A stretch of 56,928 bases of DNA, counting the filler, from Jimgerdemannia flammicorona (taxonomy: Eukaryota): the NCBI GenBank assembly GCA_003990765.1. It is 2 parts of 2 records of this genome, joined end to end, with 100 filler letters (N's around TTAATTAATTAA, not from the genome) between each part and the next. Parts side by side here need not be neighbours in the genome. Positions count along the whole stretch, not along the records: positions 28,516 to 56,928 come from RBNJ01000563.1; 1 more part is not named here. The stretch is one strand, 5' to 3'. Shown here piece by piece: positions 37,280 through 50,500 of this stretch. Both the position numbers and the translations under genes were made by a program. Position 1 is the first letter of the stretch; each line of letters starts with the position of its first letter. Under the pieces are notes generated by a model. That model was not told the DNA's origin and searched no databases. It was given only the letters and a program-made list of their open reading frames with translations.

Positions 37280-38860
37280 TAAGTCTAGGTCACTGTAGTC
37301 TTTACTATTGCTTGCTTCCTCGAAATCTTCAACAGGATGGGCTTCAATCTTATTGTACTGAGTGTCATTCCTTCAGTTTGGTGGTTCTGAGTCTCTTCAG
37401 TCACTTCTTTTGTTGTCACATTCAGTAGCATAGTGTCTGAATTATCCACAGTGGAAGCATTGGACTTGTGCTCCATCTCAGACAGGGTACCTTCTTTCTT
37501 CTTGCTAGTAGCTCCTATTATCTCTTGGTGGATAACCTTGGCTCCTCTGTGGTAGGTATCCTCTGTTGTAGATATCCTCTATTGTCTTGGTAGCTCCAAT
37601 TTTCATGTGTGGTGAGTTTTTCAATCTGTCCAACCAATCAGTCCAACTTGGAGCTGAGGTCTTGGATTTCACTTCTGTTCTTCTTTCCTTCTTTGGCTGG
37701 CCTTCTTTCTTCAGATATTTCTTATCCTTAAAGGAGTCCTTATAGGGTTTTGACCAGGATGTCTTCTTTATCTTCTTTCTTGTCATGATTGCTCCAGGTA
37801 GTTTCTTGTCTGATATCAAAGAATCCTTGAGCTACATCTACTTACTCTTCAGACCTTCTGATGCCTAGGGTGTGGACATGCTGAGCAATGTTTGGGGGAA
37901 TCCCATTCATGAAGGTCATTGGTCCTATGATGTCCTGGTTGGTGACATTGAATCTGGCAGTATGCATTCTCCTCTGGATTCTTGTGAAGAAGGCTCTGGG
38001 CAATTCTCCAAGATTCATCTTCATCCCTATGATAGATTCTTGGGCCTTGTGGCAGGTTTCGTTTCCTGCACACTTTTCAATGAGCCAGTGGACCATGGCT
38101 ACATATTCTAGCTCATAAGACATTGCTGCCTATATCTGTCTTGCCAGTTCTGAATTTGGGTCATTTACTGTTTAGTGAAAAATTCCTCTGACTTGTTCTC
38201 TGAGCTGAGCCTTGTAGATAGCGATTTTTCTTTTATCTGAGGGATTCCTCAGAGCTGCAATTCCTTCAATTCCATCAAGGAATTCTCTGGGGTCTTCCTC
38301 TGGGTATCCTGCAAAGGTTAGCAATGAGGTAGCCATTTCATCATCACTTTTTTCTGATTCTAGTTCTGGTTTGGATTCTGATTCTGATTCACTTTCTGAG
38401 CTATCACTGGAGATAAGGGTGCTTGGGTATCCTGAGGATGGTGTTCTTGACCTTGGATGAAGTAGAATGAGCCTAGGTATTCTTGTAGGAGCTATTTCTA
38501 ACTCTGTAAGGGCTTGTGGTAAAGGTTCTATTGGTGAGATTGATGAGACCAGTATGGGATGTCTGGCTGTAAGATCTCAGGCTTATGTAATAAGATCTTT
38601 TAGTTCTTGTGCAAGTTCTTCAAAATCTCCAACAGAGCTGCCTGTGTTGTCTGGTTGATCTGGTTGGAGATTTCGGGCTGTACTGCCTTCTGGTTCTGGT
38701 TGGGATCCTTCTGATGCTGGATAATTAGTAAGTCTTGATATGATTACTTCTCTTCTTGTCCAAATGCTGGTGATAACTGGTTCTCCTGTAGTGGCAGAGA
38801 TTGGTGTTGCATCAAATGTATCCAGTTTGACTGTGGGTTCTTAGGAGCTGAAAAGTCATG
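37280..38860 (-). pseudogene. gag: gag of Gypsy-2
   Basis: FAGYPEEDPREFLD, FMNGIP, zinc knuckle CFHCG*FRHYATEC; boundaries approximate. Confidence 0.8.
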
Positions 38861-38894
38861 TCGATTTTGAAATCTTCCCAGTTGAGCCCTCAAA

Positions 38895-40196
38895 TGTAAT
38901 ATGCCTGGCTCAATAGAGGCAAATTATAAGGTTGGGGGTAGGTGTAGTTTGGCTTGAGCCCTCAGTTACTTTGTTAAAAGCAACAAAATGTTCTTGGTAT
39001 TTATCAGTATAATAGTTAAAGCTGGATATCTGCAAGTGATTTATATGTCAATTTCCTAATTAGAATAGTTCTCTGGATGTAGCAGTGATTTGTATATCTT
39101 TTCTTCTTGGGTGAACTGGAAATTGGTGGAATTTTGTATGTAGCATGATAGGTTCCTTATATATATATAATGATCTGGCAATTTAGTGGTTTCCTTCTTG
39201 GGTAATAGTGATCTCCAAAAACATGCAATTTCTGATAGATAACTCAATTTGGCATGGCTTCTTCTCACTGGGAATTATTCTGGCAGCAGATTCTTCTATA
39301 TCAGCTCACTGGGAACAAATGAATAACTTTGTGGTGAATAACTCAGATAACTCAGATATTGTGGATTTTTCCTAAATCAGTAGGCTTCTGGGAATAATAA
39401 CTTAAGTGGCATGGATTCTTCCTAAATCAGCGGCTTCAACTGGGAATGTGAATAACTTGAAAATGGCAGATGATGCAGATTCTCCTGAATCAGTGGCTTT
39501 CTGAGAAATAGCTCAGATAGCACAGATTCTTCTTGAATCAGTGGGCTTCTTTTTGAAGATGGTGGCTTCAACTGAGAATTAACTGGTGGCTTTGGGAAAG
39601 AGTCTTTTGGCAAAGTTGCATCAAAGACTGGCTTCATTTGTGCAAATGGATCACTGTGAAGTTATATCAGAAACTGGCTTAAGCAAGACAGATTTTGCTT
39701 AGGCTTTCTGGGAATATGGTGAATAACTTGGAAATAGCAGCAAAGTTCTTCCTTGAACTTGGTGGCAAACTTCAGACTTATCTGGCAAGTGAACCAAAAA
39801 TGTAACAAATTCTTCTTTATATTGGAAAGTAGACCAGAGTGGAAAGGAATACTTTGCTCACAATCTCCTAGCAGTGGCTGTAGAGTTCCTCTCAAAGTGT
39901 GGTAAGCAGACTTGACTTTTACTTTGGATTCAATTCGGACTGAGGTTTATTCACTCTTATCTCTGGGGTAATTTATATAATTATAGTTGCTATGGGTTAC
40001 TATGTTACTAATTATAGTACTATCTATGGCAAGTGTGCAGGTCTTGAACAGGTGTGCAGGTCTTACACAGATATATCTTATCTGGTAGTCTGGCTATTTA
40101 TACAGCTTTCTGCAGTAATAGTTACTGATTACTATACTATATATTTATATTATCTGACTAAGTTATAATTCAGATGGTATGTTTTGGTTTGTCACA
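38895..40196 (-). repeat. 5' LTR of Gypsy-2 (~1.30 kb), followed by a tRNA-Pro-like PBS
   Basis: PBS TGAGGGCTCAACTGGGA on the minus strand (TGGGGGCTCAACTGGGA in Gypsy-3), similar to the Pro-type TGGGGGCTCGTCCGGGA. Confidence 0.9.
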
Positions 40197-40364
40197 ATAC
40201 CCATGGACATTCAGAGCAATGGTAGATAAGCTCTCTCTGATCTGACTTTAGGGTAAGAGACATGAGAGAAGAGAAGATCACTCTAAATATTGATCTGGTA
40301 AGAGTGGATGTCAGCAGAGGGGCAGGTTGATCTTAATAAGAGAGATATGAGAGATCTTGGTAAG

Positions 40365-41443
40365 GTACCTTGTTAATGAAATCTTAGTGATCAATATTAA
40401 TAAAGGAGTCTTGTTGATAAAAAGGTCTTCTCAATGGAAGGATCTTGTCAATAGAAGAGTTCTGTCAATAGAAGGATCTTATCAATAAAAGGGTCTTGTT
40501 AATGGAAAGGTCTTATCAATAGAAGAGTCTTGTCAATGAAAGGGTCTTGTTAATAGAAGGGTCTCATCAATGGAATGGTCTTATCAATGAATATCAATAG
40601 AAGTGTCTTATCATGAAAGGGTCTTATTGATGGAAGGGTCTCATTAATGGAAGGGTCTCAGATCTCATCAATAGAAGAGTATTAGGTCTTATCAATGGAA
40701 AGGTCTCATCAATGTGATATTTGTGCAGATGAGAGAGATGTTTAAGGAGAATAATACTGATCTCAAGGATATGGATAATAATGACAATGAGGAGGAGTTG
40801 ATAGAGAGGAAAATAGAAACAGAGGGTTGTGCTGATGATGGAGCCATAGAGCAGCCACTGAAATAGACTAGGAATATCTAGCAGTTCTCAATGGATAGTA
40901 AGAGAAAGAGTAGTATACCATTGTCTATTTAGCTATCACAATGATGATATCAGAAACTCTTCAAAATACTCTTCCAACATTGTGAATTTACTAAGAGTAA
41001 TCACAGCCCTGACAATTTTATCCAGCCTGATCACAAATACTATATCTTGATCAAAATTAATATTTATATCTTTGAGAGAGACCTATTCAAAGTAGTGATA
41101 ATCAACATATAAAGCAGATCTCCAAACTCCCAACTTCTTGCTTGATGAAATTGAGACCTGGGATAAAAACAGAGTCTTTGACCACTTTCAGCATCCTGCT
41201 CTCAGATTGCAATCACATATGTAATAATCTTGCTAAAACAGAAAGCCAATGAGAAAGCTCTTATCAGACTTATACTCAGATCTTGTCAATAGAAGAGTCT
41301 CATTAATGAATATTAATAGAAGGGTCTTATCAGTAAAAGGGTCTTATTGATAGAAGGTCTTGTTGATGGTAATGGAAGAATCTCATCAATAAAAGAGTCT
41401 CATCAATAGAAGGGTCTTGTCAATGGAAGGGTCTCATCAATGA
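40365..41443. repeat. Degenerate 17-bp tandem array TCTTGTCAATGGAAGGG, interrupted at ~40715-41278
   Basis: Many copies at 40365-40713 and 41279-41443. Confidence 0.85.
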
Positions 41444-42158
41444 GTTGAGCAAAAGACACCCTTCTATTTATTATATATACCAGATGAATGCTGGACATAA
41501 ATACTGAGCAGATGATCAGATTTGAAGCCAAAAATTAATGACAGAAGAACTTTAATTTACATGCAAGCAGGCATATGCCGAGATACAACTAGAAATTTCA
41601 AGAACTTTAATTTACATATAAATACTGTGATAATTCATAGATACTATGATTATTTGTGGGTAAGTCTCCTCTAAACTGAGGCTCAGAGGGGAATACATCA
41701 ATTTTGAGTATATATCCTTACAAACACACTTTACCACTTTGTTATATTTCCTTTTTTTCCTTTAAACTCCAACTTCTTCTCTCTTATTACTTCACAAGAC
41801 CTCTCCTTATACTTACTTCTATACTATGTATATTGGAGAATTACTGAACACTCATTCTCCACTAATAACAATATTATCTGACATATATACTTACAAATAG
41901 CTCTGTACACTATACATCAGTGGAGCTATCTCTAATTTTGATCCATATGTAAAACTGGTTCATAGTTTTTTCATATATATACTACATAATTAGTTCTACA
42001 TGTCTTGCACTTCTCACATATAGTTGGCTAAGCACATATGTTTCCTTCTCCTATATTACTCTTGGAATGATCTCAAGCATTATGCTAACTACTCTCTCTT
42101 TTACTATATATATCCTTGTAGAATTACTGGGTAAGCTCACAATGAATCTCTCTGACCT

Positions 42159-42272
42159 ACATAAATCTTGCCATCCTACACAAATCTTGTAAGCTTACAT
42201 AAATCTTGCCAACCCATACAAATCTCACCAGCTCTCACAAATCTCACCAGCTCACTCGAATCTCACTAGCCT
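42159..42272. repeat. 19-bp tandem repeat ACACAAATCTTGCCAGCCT, ~6 copies
   Basis: Directly visible. Confidence 0.8.
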
Positions 42273-42759
42273 ATATATAATAAACTGGTTCACCATCTCT
42301 CTACCAAGATTTCCACCTCCTAAACTGAATCTCTCCAGGAAGATCACCACTTCTTTCACTAAGAAAAGTTCTTGCTAAATAATAAGGTACATTTATTGAT
42401 TGAAAATTATGTGCATGGGGATATATAAGTGAAGCAAAGCAAGGGTGGGTGGATCAGGATATAGATGTTGTGAGTATGCTGGATGTCATGCTAAATTCTG
42501 TGTTAAGTTGAAATATTGATATCATATCAAAAGGGATAGCACTATATACTAAACAAACTACAACTCATTCAATATTTGGCCCCACAGCCTAACAATCATC
42601 TCAGGAAGTCAGAATACTTCATCAACTAAGCACCCTCTATAAGGACATTGAAGTATACTATCATGGCCCTCAAGATTAATACAGCAGTCAAGATCCGGCT
42701 GTCTGATCAGATATATCTGAGATTAATATAAGATATATGAGAGAAGTTATATATTTTAT

Positions 42760-43606
42760 TTAGGTTGGCAGAAGTCTCTGTGACTGAAGCCATATGAACA
42801 TTTTTTTATTTCATTTTGATTGGCAAACATCTTTGTGACTGAAGCCTTATGACCATTCTATTTATTATTTTATTTTTTATTTGGTCAGTGAATGTCTCTG
42901 TAACTGAAGCCATATAACCATTCTATTTATTTTATTTTATTTTATTATCTGGTCAGTGAATGTCTCTATAACTGAAACTTGATGACCATTCTATTTATTT
43001 TATTTTATTTTATTATCTGATCAGTGAATGTCTCTGTGACTAAAGCCTTATAACTATTCTATTTATTTCATTCTATTATGGTCAGCAAAAGTCTCTGTGA
43101 CTGAAGTCTTATGACTATTCTATTTATTTCATTCTATTATCTGATTGGTGAATATCTCTGTATCTGAAGCCTTATGATCATTTTATTTATTATCTGATTA
43201 GTGAATATCTCTATGACTGAAGCCTTATGACCATTCTATGTATTTATTTTATTTTATTTTATTATCTGGTTGGTGAATGTCTCTGTGACTGAAGCCTTAT
43301 AACCATTCTATTTATTTTATTTTATCTTATTATCTGGTCAGCAAATGTCTCTATGACTGAAGCTTGATGACCATTCTATTTATTTTATTATCTGGTTGGT
43401 GAATGTCTCTGTAACTGAAGCTTGATGACCATTCTATTTATTTTATTATCTGATTGGTGAATATCTCGGTAACTGAAGCCTTATAATCATTTTATTTATT
43501 TTATTTTATTATCTGGTTGGTAAATATCTCTATAACTGAAGCCTTATGACCATTCTATTGATTTTATTTTATTTTATTATCTGGTTGGTGAACATCTCTG
43601 TGACTC
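42760..43606. repeat. Minisatellite, 14 copies of a ~45-bp core (GGTGAATGTCTCTGTGACTGAAGCCTTATGACCATTC) separated by variable (TATTT)n
   Basis: 14 core copies counted between 42771 and 43605. Confidence 0.9.
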
Positions 43607-43689
43607 ACTGAAGAATTCCATCTTCCTCTCTGACACTGTCATTATACCACATATTAATAGTCCCCTGCTCTACTGATTAATAGGACATA

Positions 43690-44510
43690 TAACTCACTAT
43701 ATTTCACTTTCTATATTCCAATGACCCACTATATTCTGACATCCAATCCTCTATATTCTGATGGCCCACTATATTCTGATGACCTACTATATTCTAATGA
43801 CCAACTGTATTCTGACAACCCACTATATCCCAACAACCACCCTCTATATTCTGATGACCCACTATATTCCAACAATCTATCTTATTCTAACAACCAACTA
43901 TATTCTGATGACTCACTATATTCCGATGACCCACTATATTCTGATGACCCTCTATATTCTAATAGCCTACTGTATTCTGACAACCCAGTATATTCTGATG
44001 ACTCACTATATTCTAATAACTCACCATAATCTGACTTCCCATATTCTACCTTCTTGTATTCCAATAATCTACTATATTCTGATGACCCATCATATTCCCT
44101 CCTGATGACTCACTGTATTCTGACTTCTCATCTTTTGATGACTCACCATATTCAGCTATCTTCTGATGAACTGCTATATTTCAATAACCCATCATATTCT
44201 GAAGACCCACTATATTCTAATGACCCACTATATTCCAATAACCTACCATATTTCAACAATCCACCATATTCCAGCTTCTCATCTTCTGATGATCCACTAT
44301 ATTCTGGACTTTCTTTTCAACAACTCACCATATTCCAACTTCTCATCTTCTGATGACCCACTGTATTCTGATGACCCATAGTATTCCAGCTTCCCATCTT
44401 CCAATGACCCACTGTATTCTGATGACTCACTACCTATTATATTCTGGCTTTCTGTCTTCTGACAACTCACCATATTCCAACTTTTCATCTTTTGATAACT
44501 CGCCATAATC
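43690..44510. repeat. Degenerate 18-bp tandem array CCACTATATTCTGATGAC
   Basis: Directly visible; explains the PLYSDD repeat ORFs. Confidence 0.9.
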
Positions 44511-45409
44511 CAGTATCTAATAAGGTATATTTATTGGATCCATATATCTGATATATTATTGTAGTTGATATATTTCCGTTTTTGAGATCTGATATATTGT
44601 TATTCCTGTAATCCTTGCTCTGTCAGTTTCACAAAGATCTCAATGTACAATATATACTCACAGGCCCATTAACCCAGAGGTGAATCAAGATATTCAAAAG
44701 ATATCCAAGATGAAGAAAAACAATAACCAAGTCTCCACCAGCAAGCACTCTAAGTCCTCAAGCCACAGTAATAAGAACATTATTGAGCCATCTCTAGACA
44801 ATGAAAATCTCCCACCTGAGCACTCCAAGGAACCACTGATGGATTGCAGAAATCTCTCTAAGTTTTTTTCAAATAGCCATCTTTTAAAGATATTACTTCC
44901 CAAGCTATCAATTCCCAAATCATCACTCCCTAAACTATTACTCTCTAAGCTACTGCACCTTAAGCCCCCAAGCTGCTGCTCCTCAGATTTGGAAGAGATC
45001 TTGACAATGCTATAACTCCACCAACTAAAATTCTGACATACCATCCATATAATCATCACTCTCATCAAATTCAAGATGAGGATGAAAATGAGTTGAATAA
45101 GTTTGTATGTATAATTATAGATATATTTATAATATTTATAATATTTATAACATTATTATATTTAAATTTAATATGATTTATATCTCTGAATTATGTTACA
45201 GGTTATTGTGAATAATAACTTGAAAGATGCTAATTTGAAAGATAATAACTCATTATGTTGCCCAATAAGTTCACTGTATCATTTAAGTTAAAGTCTGCCA
45301 CATTGTTTAAGTCTACCACATTACTATGTCATTTGGATTCACTCAGACTTTCTGTAAAAGATAATAATTTTCTTCTCCAATATATTGATATGTAGAATTG
45401 AGCTGTAGT

Positions 45410-45530
45410 GGACTATTCAAATCCACTATATCTACATTATTTAAGTCTTCCATATCTATGTTATTCAAGTCCACCACATCTGTATCATTCAAGTCCACCA
45501 TGTCTGCATCATTCAAGTCCACTGTATAAT
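45410..45530. repeat. 24-bp tandem repeat ATTCAAGTCCACCATGTCTGCATC, ~5 copies
   Basis: Directly visible. Confidence 0.8.
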
Positions 45531-46140
45531 TCCGATCCACAACCAGAGCAATTTATGAGACCACAGAAAGTCTTGATGATAAATACCAATCTTGTAACCA
45601 AGATACCTGTCCTTCAGAAGTAATTATAATTTACTAACATTGATATCATATATTCTAAGGATTTCAACACAATATCTGGCATTAATTCAGATACTGATAC
45701 TTATCAATATGTCTATTTATAGTACTAAGATATACTATAGAAAAGTCAAAGTTGATGCCATACTTGTGAAACATAGATAGAGTGTTACTCTGTAGAAGTG
45801 AGCTGTACAATAAGTTCACAACTTCATCTTCTTAGAGAATGTCTGATCTGATATTATAGAGCAGAAAAATTTTAGCAAAAAAATTATCTCTCTAGTACCT
45901 CATGTTATTGGTAATGAGCAAGATCTGTATTCTCAGATAAGCATGTTTCATTTATATGTAGTGTTCTGATATTAAGTGGGGCAGAACCAGACCTGTTCTC
46001 AAATTTATTGAATATAGTTTGATTGATCAATTATTGTTTATTTAGAATACTATTTATTTCTTTTTCACTATATAGATCATCAGAGAGATATTGCAAACTT
46101 GGAGTAAAGCAAAAAAATATTATATCAGCTTCCTAAGTAC

Positions 46141-47525
46141 TGTAATGAGCAATAGGATTGTACTGCCAAAATCAAAAATTGGTCATATACTATATCTAGT
46201 GCACTAAGTAACCAAGACTGCTTTATTATACCAACTTGTATATTTAGCCAGAGATACTAGAAACAGTATGTTTACCTGTACCCTCAAGGTACACTATACT
46301 CTCAAGGTACACCATACCCTCAAGATACACTGTACTCTTAAGGAACATTTGTGATAATTAGCAATCTATAGTTAGCAACATAGTAACCCATAGCAACCAC
46401 AACTGTATAAATTACCCCAGAGACAAGAGTGAATAAACCTCAGTCTGAATTGAATCCAAAGCAAAAGTCAAGTCTGCTTACCACACTTCAAAAGGAACTC
46501 TACAGCTACTGCTAGAAGATTGTGAGCAAAGTATTCCTTTCCACTTCAGTCCACTTTCTGATATAAAGAAGAGTGTGTTATATTTTTGGTTTACTTGCCA
46601 GATAAGCCTGAAGAATCCAAGTTTGCTGCCCAAGTTCAAGGAAGAACTTCACCAGAATTTCTAAGTTATCTGCATTCCCAGAAAGCCTAAGAGAAAGCTG
46701 CCTTACTTAAGTCAGTTTCTGATACAACTTCACAGTGATCTGTCATACAAATGAAGCCAGTCTTTGATATAACTTTGCCAAGAGACCCTTTCTCAAAAGC
46801 TGCTGTTTTCAAGAAGTCTGCTAATTCAGGAAGAATCCACAACATCCAAGTTATCCAAGCCATCTAAGTTATTTCCCAGTTGAAGTGACTGATTCAGAAA
46901 GAATCTGCATCACCCGAGTAGTATTTCCAGAGAGCCTGCTGATTCAGAAAGAATCTGCAATATCCGAGTTACCCAAGTTACCAGAATTATATATATTATC
47001 CAAGTTATTTGTTTGTTCTCAGTGAGTCTGATTTAGAAGAATCTGCACCATCCACTATTTCCAGAAGAGACTGCTGCCAGCATAATTCCCAGAGAGCCAA
47101 TTCAGGAGAACCTGTGCCAAATCAAGTTATTTACTGAATCTGTATAAGGAACATTACCAAGATTATCATGCCATACAAGATCATCACCCAGAAATCGCAT
47201 ACTTTTGGACACAAGATTGTTATGCCAGAAATTACATACTTTTGGAGATTGTCATACTATATACGAAATTCTACCAATTCCCAGTTGACCCAAGAAGGAA
47301 ACTCATTCACAAATTGCTGCTATATCCAGAGAACCATCCCAATTAGAAAATCAATACACAAATTATTTACAGATATCTAGCTTTGACTATTATACCACTA
47401 AACACTAAGGATCTCAGGAATCTTAGAACCTTTTGTTGCTTTTTGACAAAGTAACTGAGGGCTCAAGCCAAACTACACCAACCCCCAACCTTGTAATTTG
47501 CCTCCATTGAGCCAGATACATTATA
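46141..47525 (+). repeat. 5' LTR of Gypsy-3
   Basis: Direct repeat of 52658-54005; contains 18-bp TACACTGTACCCTCAAGG repeats, TATAAAT and AATAAA. Confidence 0.9.
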
Positions 47526-50500
47526 TTTGGGGGCTCAACTGGGAAGATTTCAAAATCAATATAACTTTTCAGCTCACAAGAACCCACAGTCAAACTGAAT
47601 ACATTTGATACAACACCAATCTCTACCACTACAGAAGAACCAGTTATTACTTGTATTTGGACAGGAAGAGTAGTAATCACATCAAGACTTGCCAACTACC
47701 TAGTATCAGAAGGATCTCAACCAGAACCAGAAGCCAGTACAGCCCAAAAGCCCCAACCAGATCAACCAGATAACACAGGCGGCCCTGTTGGAGATTTTAA
47801 AGAACTTGCACAAAAACTAGAAGATCTTATTACACAAGCCCAAGATCTTATCACTAGATACCCCATACCACTCCCATCAATCTCACCAATAGAACCTTTA
47901 CCACAAGCCCTTGCAGAATTGGAAGTAGCTCCTATAAGAATACCTAGACTCATTCTACTTCACCCAAGGTCCAGAACCCTATCCCCAAGATATCTGAGCA
48001 CTCACATTTCCAGTGATAGTTCAGAAAGTGAATCTGAATCAGAATCTGGACCAGAATCAGAATCAGAAGAAAGTGATGACAAAATGGCCACCTATTCTAG
48101 CTCATAAGATGCTGCTGCTTATATCTGTCTTACTAGTTCTAAATTTGGGTTATTTGCTGTTTAGTGGAAAATTCCTCTGACTGGTTCTCTGAGCTGGGCC
48201 TTGTAGATGGTGATGTTTCTTTCATCTGAAATGTTTCTCAGGGCTGCAATTCCTTCAACTCCATCAAGGAATTCTCTGGGGTCTTCCTCTGGATATCTTG
48301 CAAAGGTTGACAATGATGTAGCTATGGTCCACTGGCTCATTAAAAAGTATGCAGGAAACAAAACCTGCCACAAAGCTCAAGAATTCATCATAGAGATGAA
48401 GATGAATCTTAGAGAATCACCCAGAGCCTTCTTCACAAGAATCCAGAAGAGAATGCATGCTACCAGGTTCAATACCACCAACCAGGACATCATAGGTCCA
48501 ATGATCTTTATGAATGGGATTCCCCAAACATTGCCCAGTATGTCTGCACTCTAGGTATCAGAAGATCCAAAGAGCAAGTAGATACAGCTCAAGGATTCTT
48601 TGATGTCAGACAAGGAACTACTTAGAGTGATCATGACAAGAAAGAAGATAAAGAAGACATCCTGGTCAAAGCCCTATAAGGACTCCTTCAAGGACAAGAA
48701 AGGTCTGAAGAAAGTAGGCCAGCCAAGGAAGGAAAGAAGGATAGAAGTGAAATCCAAGACCTCAGCTCCAAGTTAGACCAATTGGTTGGACAGATTGAAA
48801 ACTCACGACATGTAAAAATCAGAGTTACCAAGACAACAGAGGATTCCCACCACAGAGGAGCCAAGGTTATCCACTCAGAGATAACAGGAGCTATCAGCAA
48901 GAAGAAAGAAGATATCCTGTCTGAGACAGAGCCCAAGTTCAATGCTTCCACTATGGACAGTTCAGATACTATACCACTGAATGTAATAACAAAAGAAGTG
49001 ATCAAAGGAACTCAAAACCATCAAACTGAAGGAATGACACTCAGTACAAGAAGACTGAAGCCCATTCTGTTGAAGATTTCAAGGAAGTAAGTAACAGTGT
49101 AGACTACAGTGACCTAGACTTGTACTCTATCAAGGTTACCAATGAAAAACAGTCTATCTGGCAGAGAAAAGAAAGAGATCTGTAGGAAGACCCTCCAGGA
49201 ATATCAGCAGAAGAATCATCCAAGAAGAAGACAAAGAACATAAAGAGGAGTAGGTAGGAACATCTTCCTGAACCCCCTTGCCTTTTGTCTCTGAGACAAA
49301 TGAGCTACCACCAGAAGATGAAGAAATGGAATAAGAAAAATGGGAACCTGCTGCCCCAAAGCCCAAGAAGAAGTATACCCTGAAGACCATGCCTAGAGAC
49401 ATCTACAATGAAGCCTGGTAGAAGATTCAAGAAGCCAAGATGGAGGTCCTCCTTCTGCAGTTCCTACAACTGATATCAGCTGGAGTTCAAAATAAATTAC
49501 TAAGAATCACTAGGTCAAGCACTGGCTGAGTTCCAATCCTACAGCAAGAGTCCACTCCCACACCTATCCAGGCTGCAGAGAGAAATGTCAGCAACTACTT
49601 ACATGGAGACATTGGAGGACAAAAGGTGAAAATCCTCATAGACATAGGAGCAGCTGTCTGTATCATTGCTAAACAATTCCTGGATACCATCCAATGGCCC
49701 ATTGATGGACCATCCAACCTCAGCATCATAGTAGCAGATGGAGCCTGAACTCAACCCCTTGGAGAAGTACAAAACATCACTATCTCTCTTGGACACATTC
49801 AGTTCTCTATCTCAAAAGCTGTTGTCACCAAAGCTATCACCTATGACATGATCCTTGGCACCAACTGGATGAAGGAAATGAATGCAGTTGTTGATATTGG
49901 TTGACAAGTACTCAAGTTTGACTACTAAGGCAAGAAGTACAGAGTTAAGGTGACCAGCTATGAGCAATCAAAGAAGAAGAAGAAGGTCACTATCTAAGAA
50001 GAATATGTCAGTAGTGAGGAATCTACTACAGAAGAGGAAGAAGAATCTGAAGATGGAAATGATCCCAGACTCAACCCCTGAATTAACCTGGTGGATGACA
50101 GACCAGAATATAATTTATGGGTCAAGAACACTGTCCCTATTACTATCAGAGCCATTGCAGGAGAAATCAAAGGATACCCCACCTGCCTCAAGAGACACAA
50201 GTGCTCTGAGCACTCCTCCAAAATCATTGGGACAAAGAATTTGCCTGGCACAGCCTGCCCAGAGTGCAGAAGAAAGAAGAAGAAATGCAGATATGTTCCA
50301 GAAATACCTGCAGCCGAAGCTGCAGAAGTACAAGCAATTTGGGGCCAAGAATCATCTGAGGAAAAAGAAACTTCTAACCAAGAAGTTCCTGAACAAGAAG
50401 TATCTAAAGAAGAAGAGGTTCTCGAACTCATTCCCTGGGATGACCCTCACTGGACACTACCTGAAGATAATGACCCTTGGAATATGGAAGAAGGACCCAG

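Larger units (their letters stand above)
29828..40196 (-). mobile_element. Ty3/Gypsy LTR retrotransposon family 2 (dUTPase-bearing), copy A = Gypsy-2, full length, decayed
   Basis: TG...CA LTRs at 29828-31294 and 38895-40196; 4-bp TSD ATAC (29824-29827 / 40197-40200); PBS; PPT-like AGTGAGGGCTGA; gag-PR-insert-dUTPase-RT-RH-IN-ORF3. Confidence 0.95.
28902..40270 (-). pseudogene. Plavaka-type transposase, N-terminal part, split by Gypsy-2
   Basis: YTLYYRNPLEVIQSLFCNPLFKDDMIY...LYSEIHWSDYWWKTQ at ~28902-29070; rejoining the Gypsy-2 flanks restores a C2H2 finger YHCSECPWVFMSQGGLIQHH*HM. Confidence 0.75.

Noticed and set aside
42760..43606. CRISPR-like look: conserved core with variable spacers
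   Set aside because: Spacers are only (TATTT)n length variants, there are no cas genes and the context is eukaryotic; it is a minisatellite
43721..44506. PLYSDD / MTHYIL repeat ORFs
   Set aside because: By-products of an 18-bp DNA array, open on both strands
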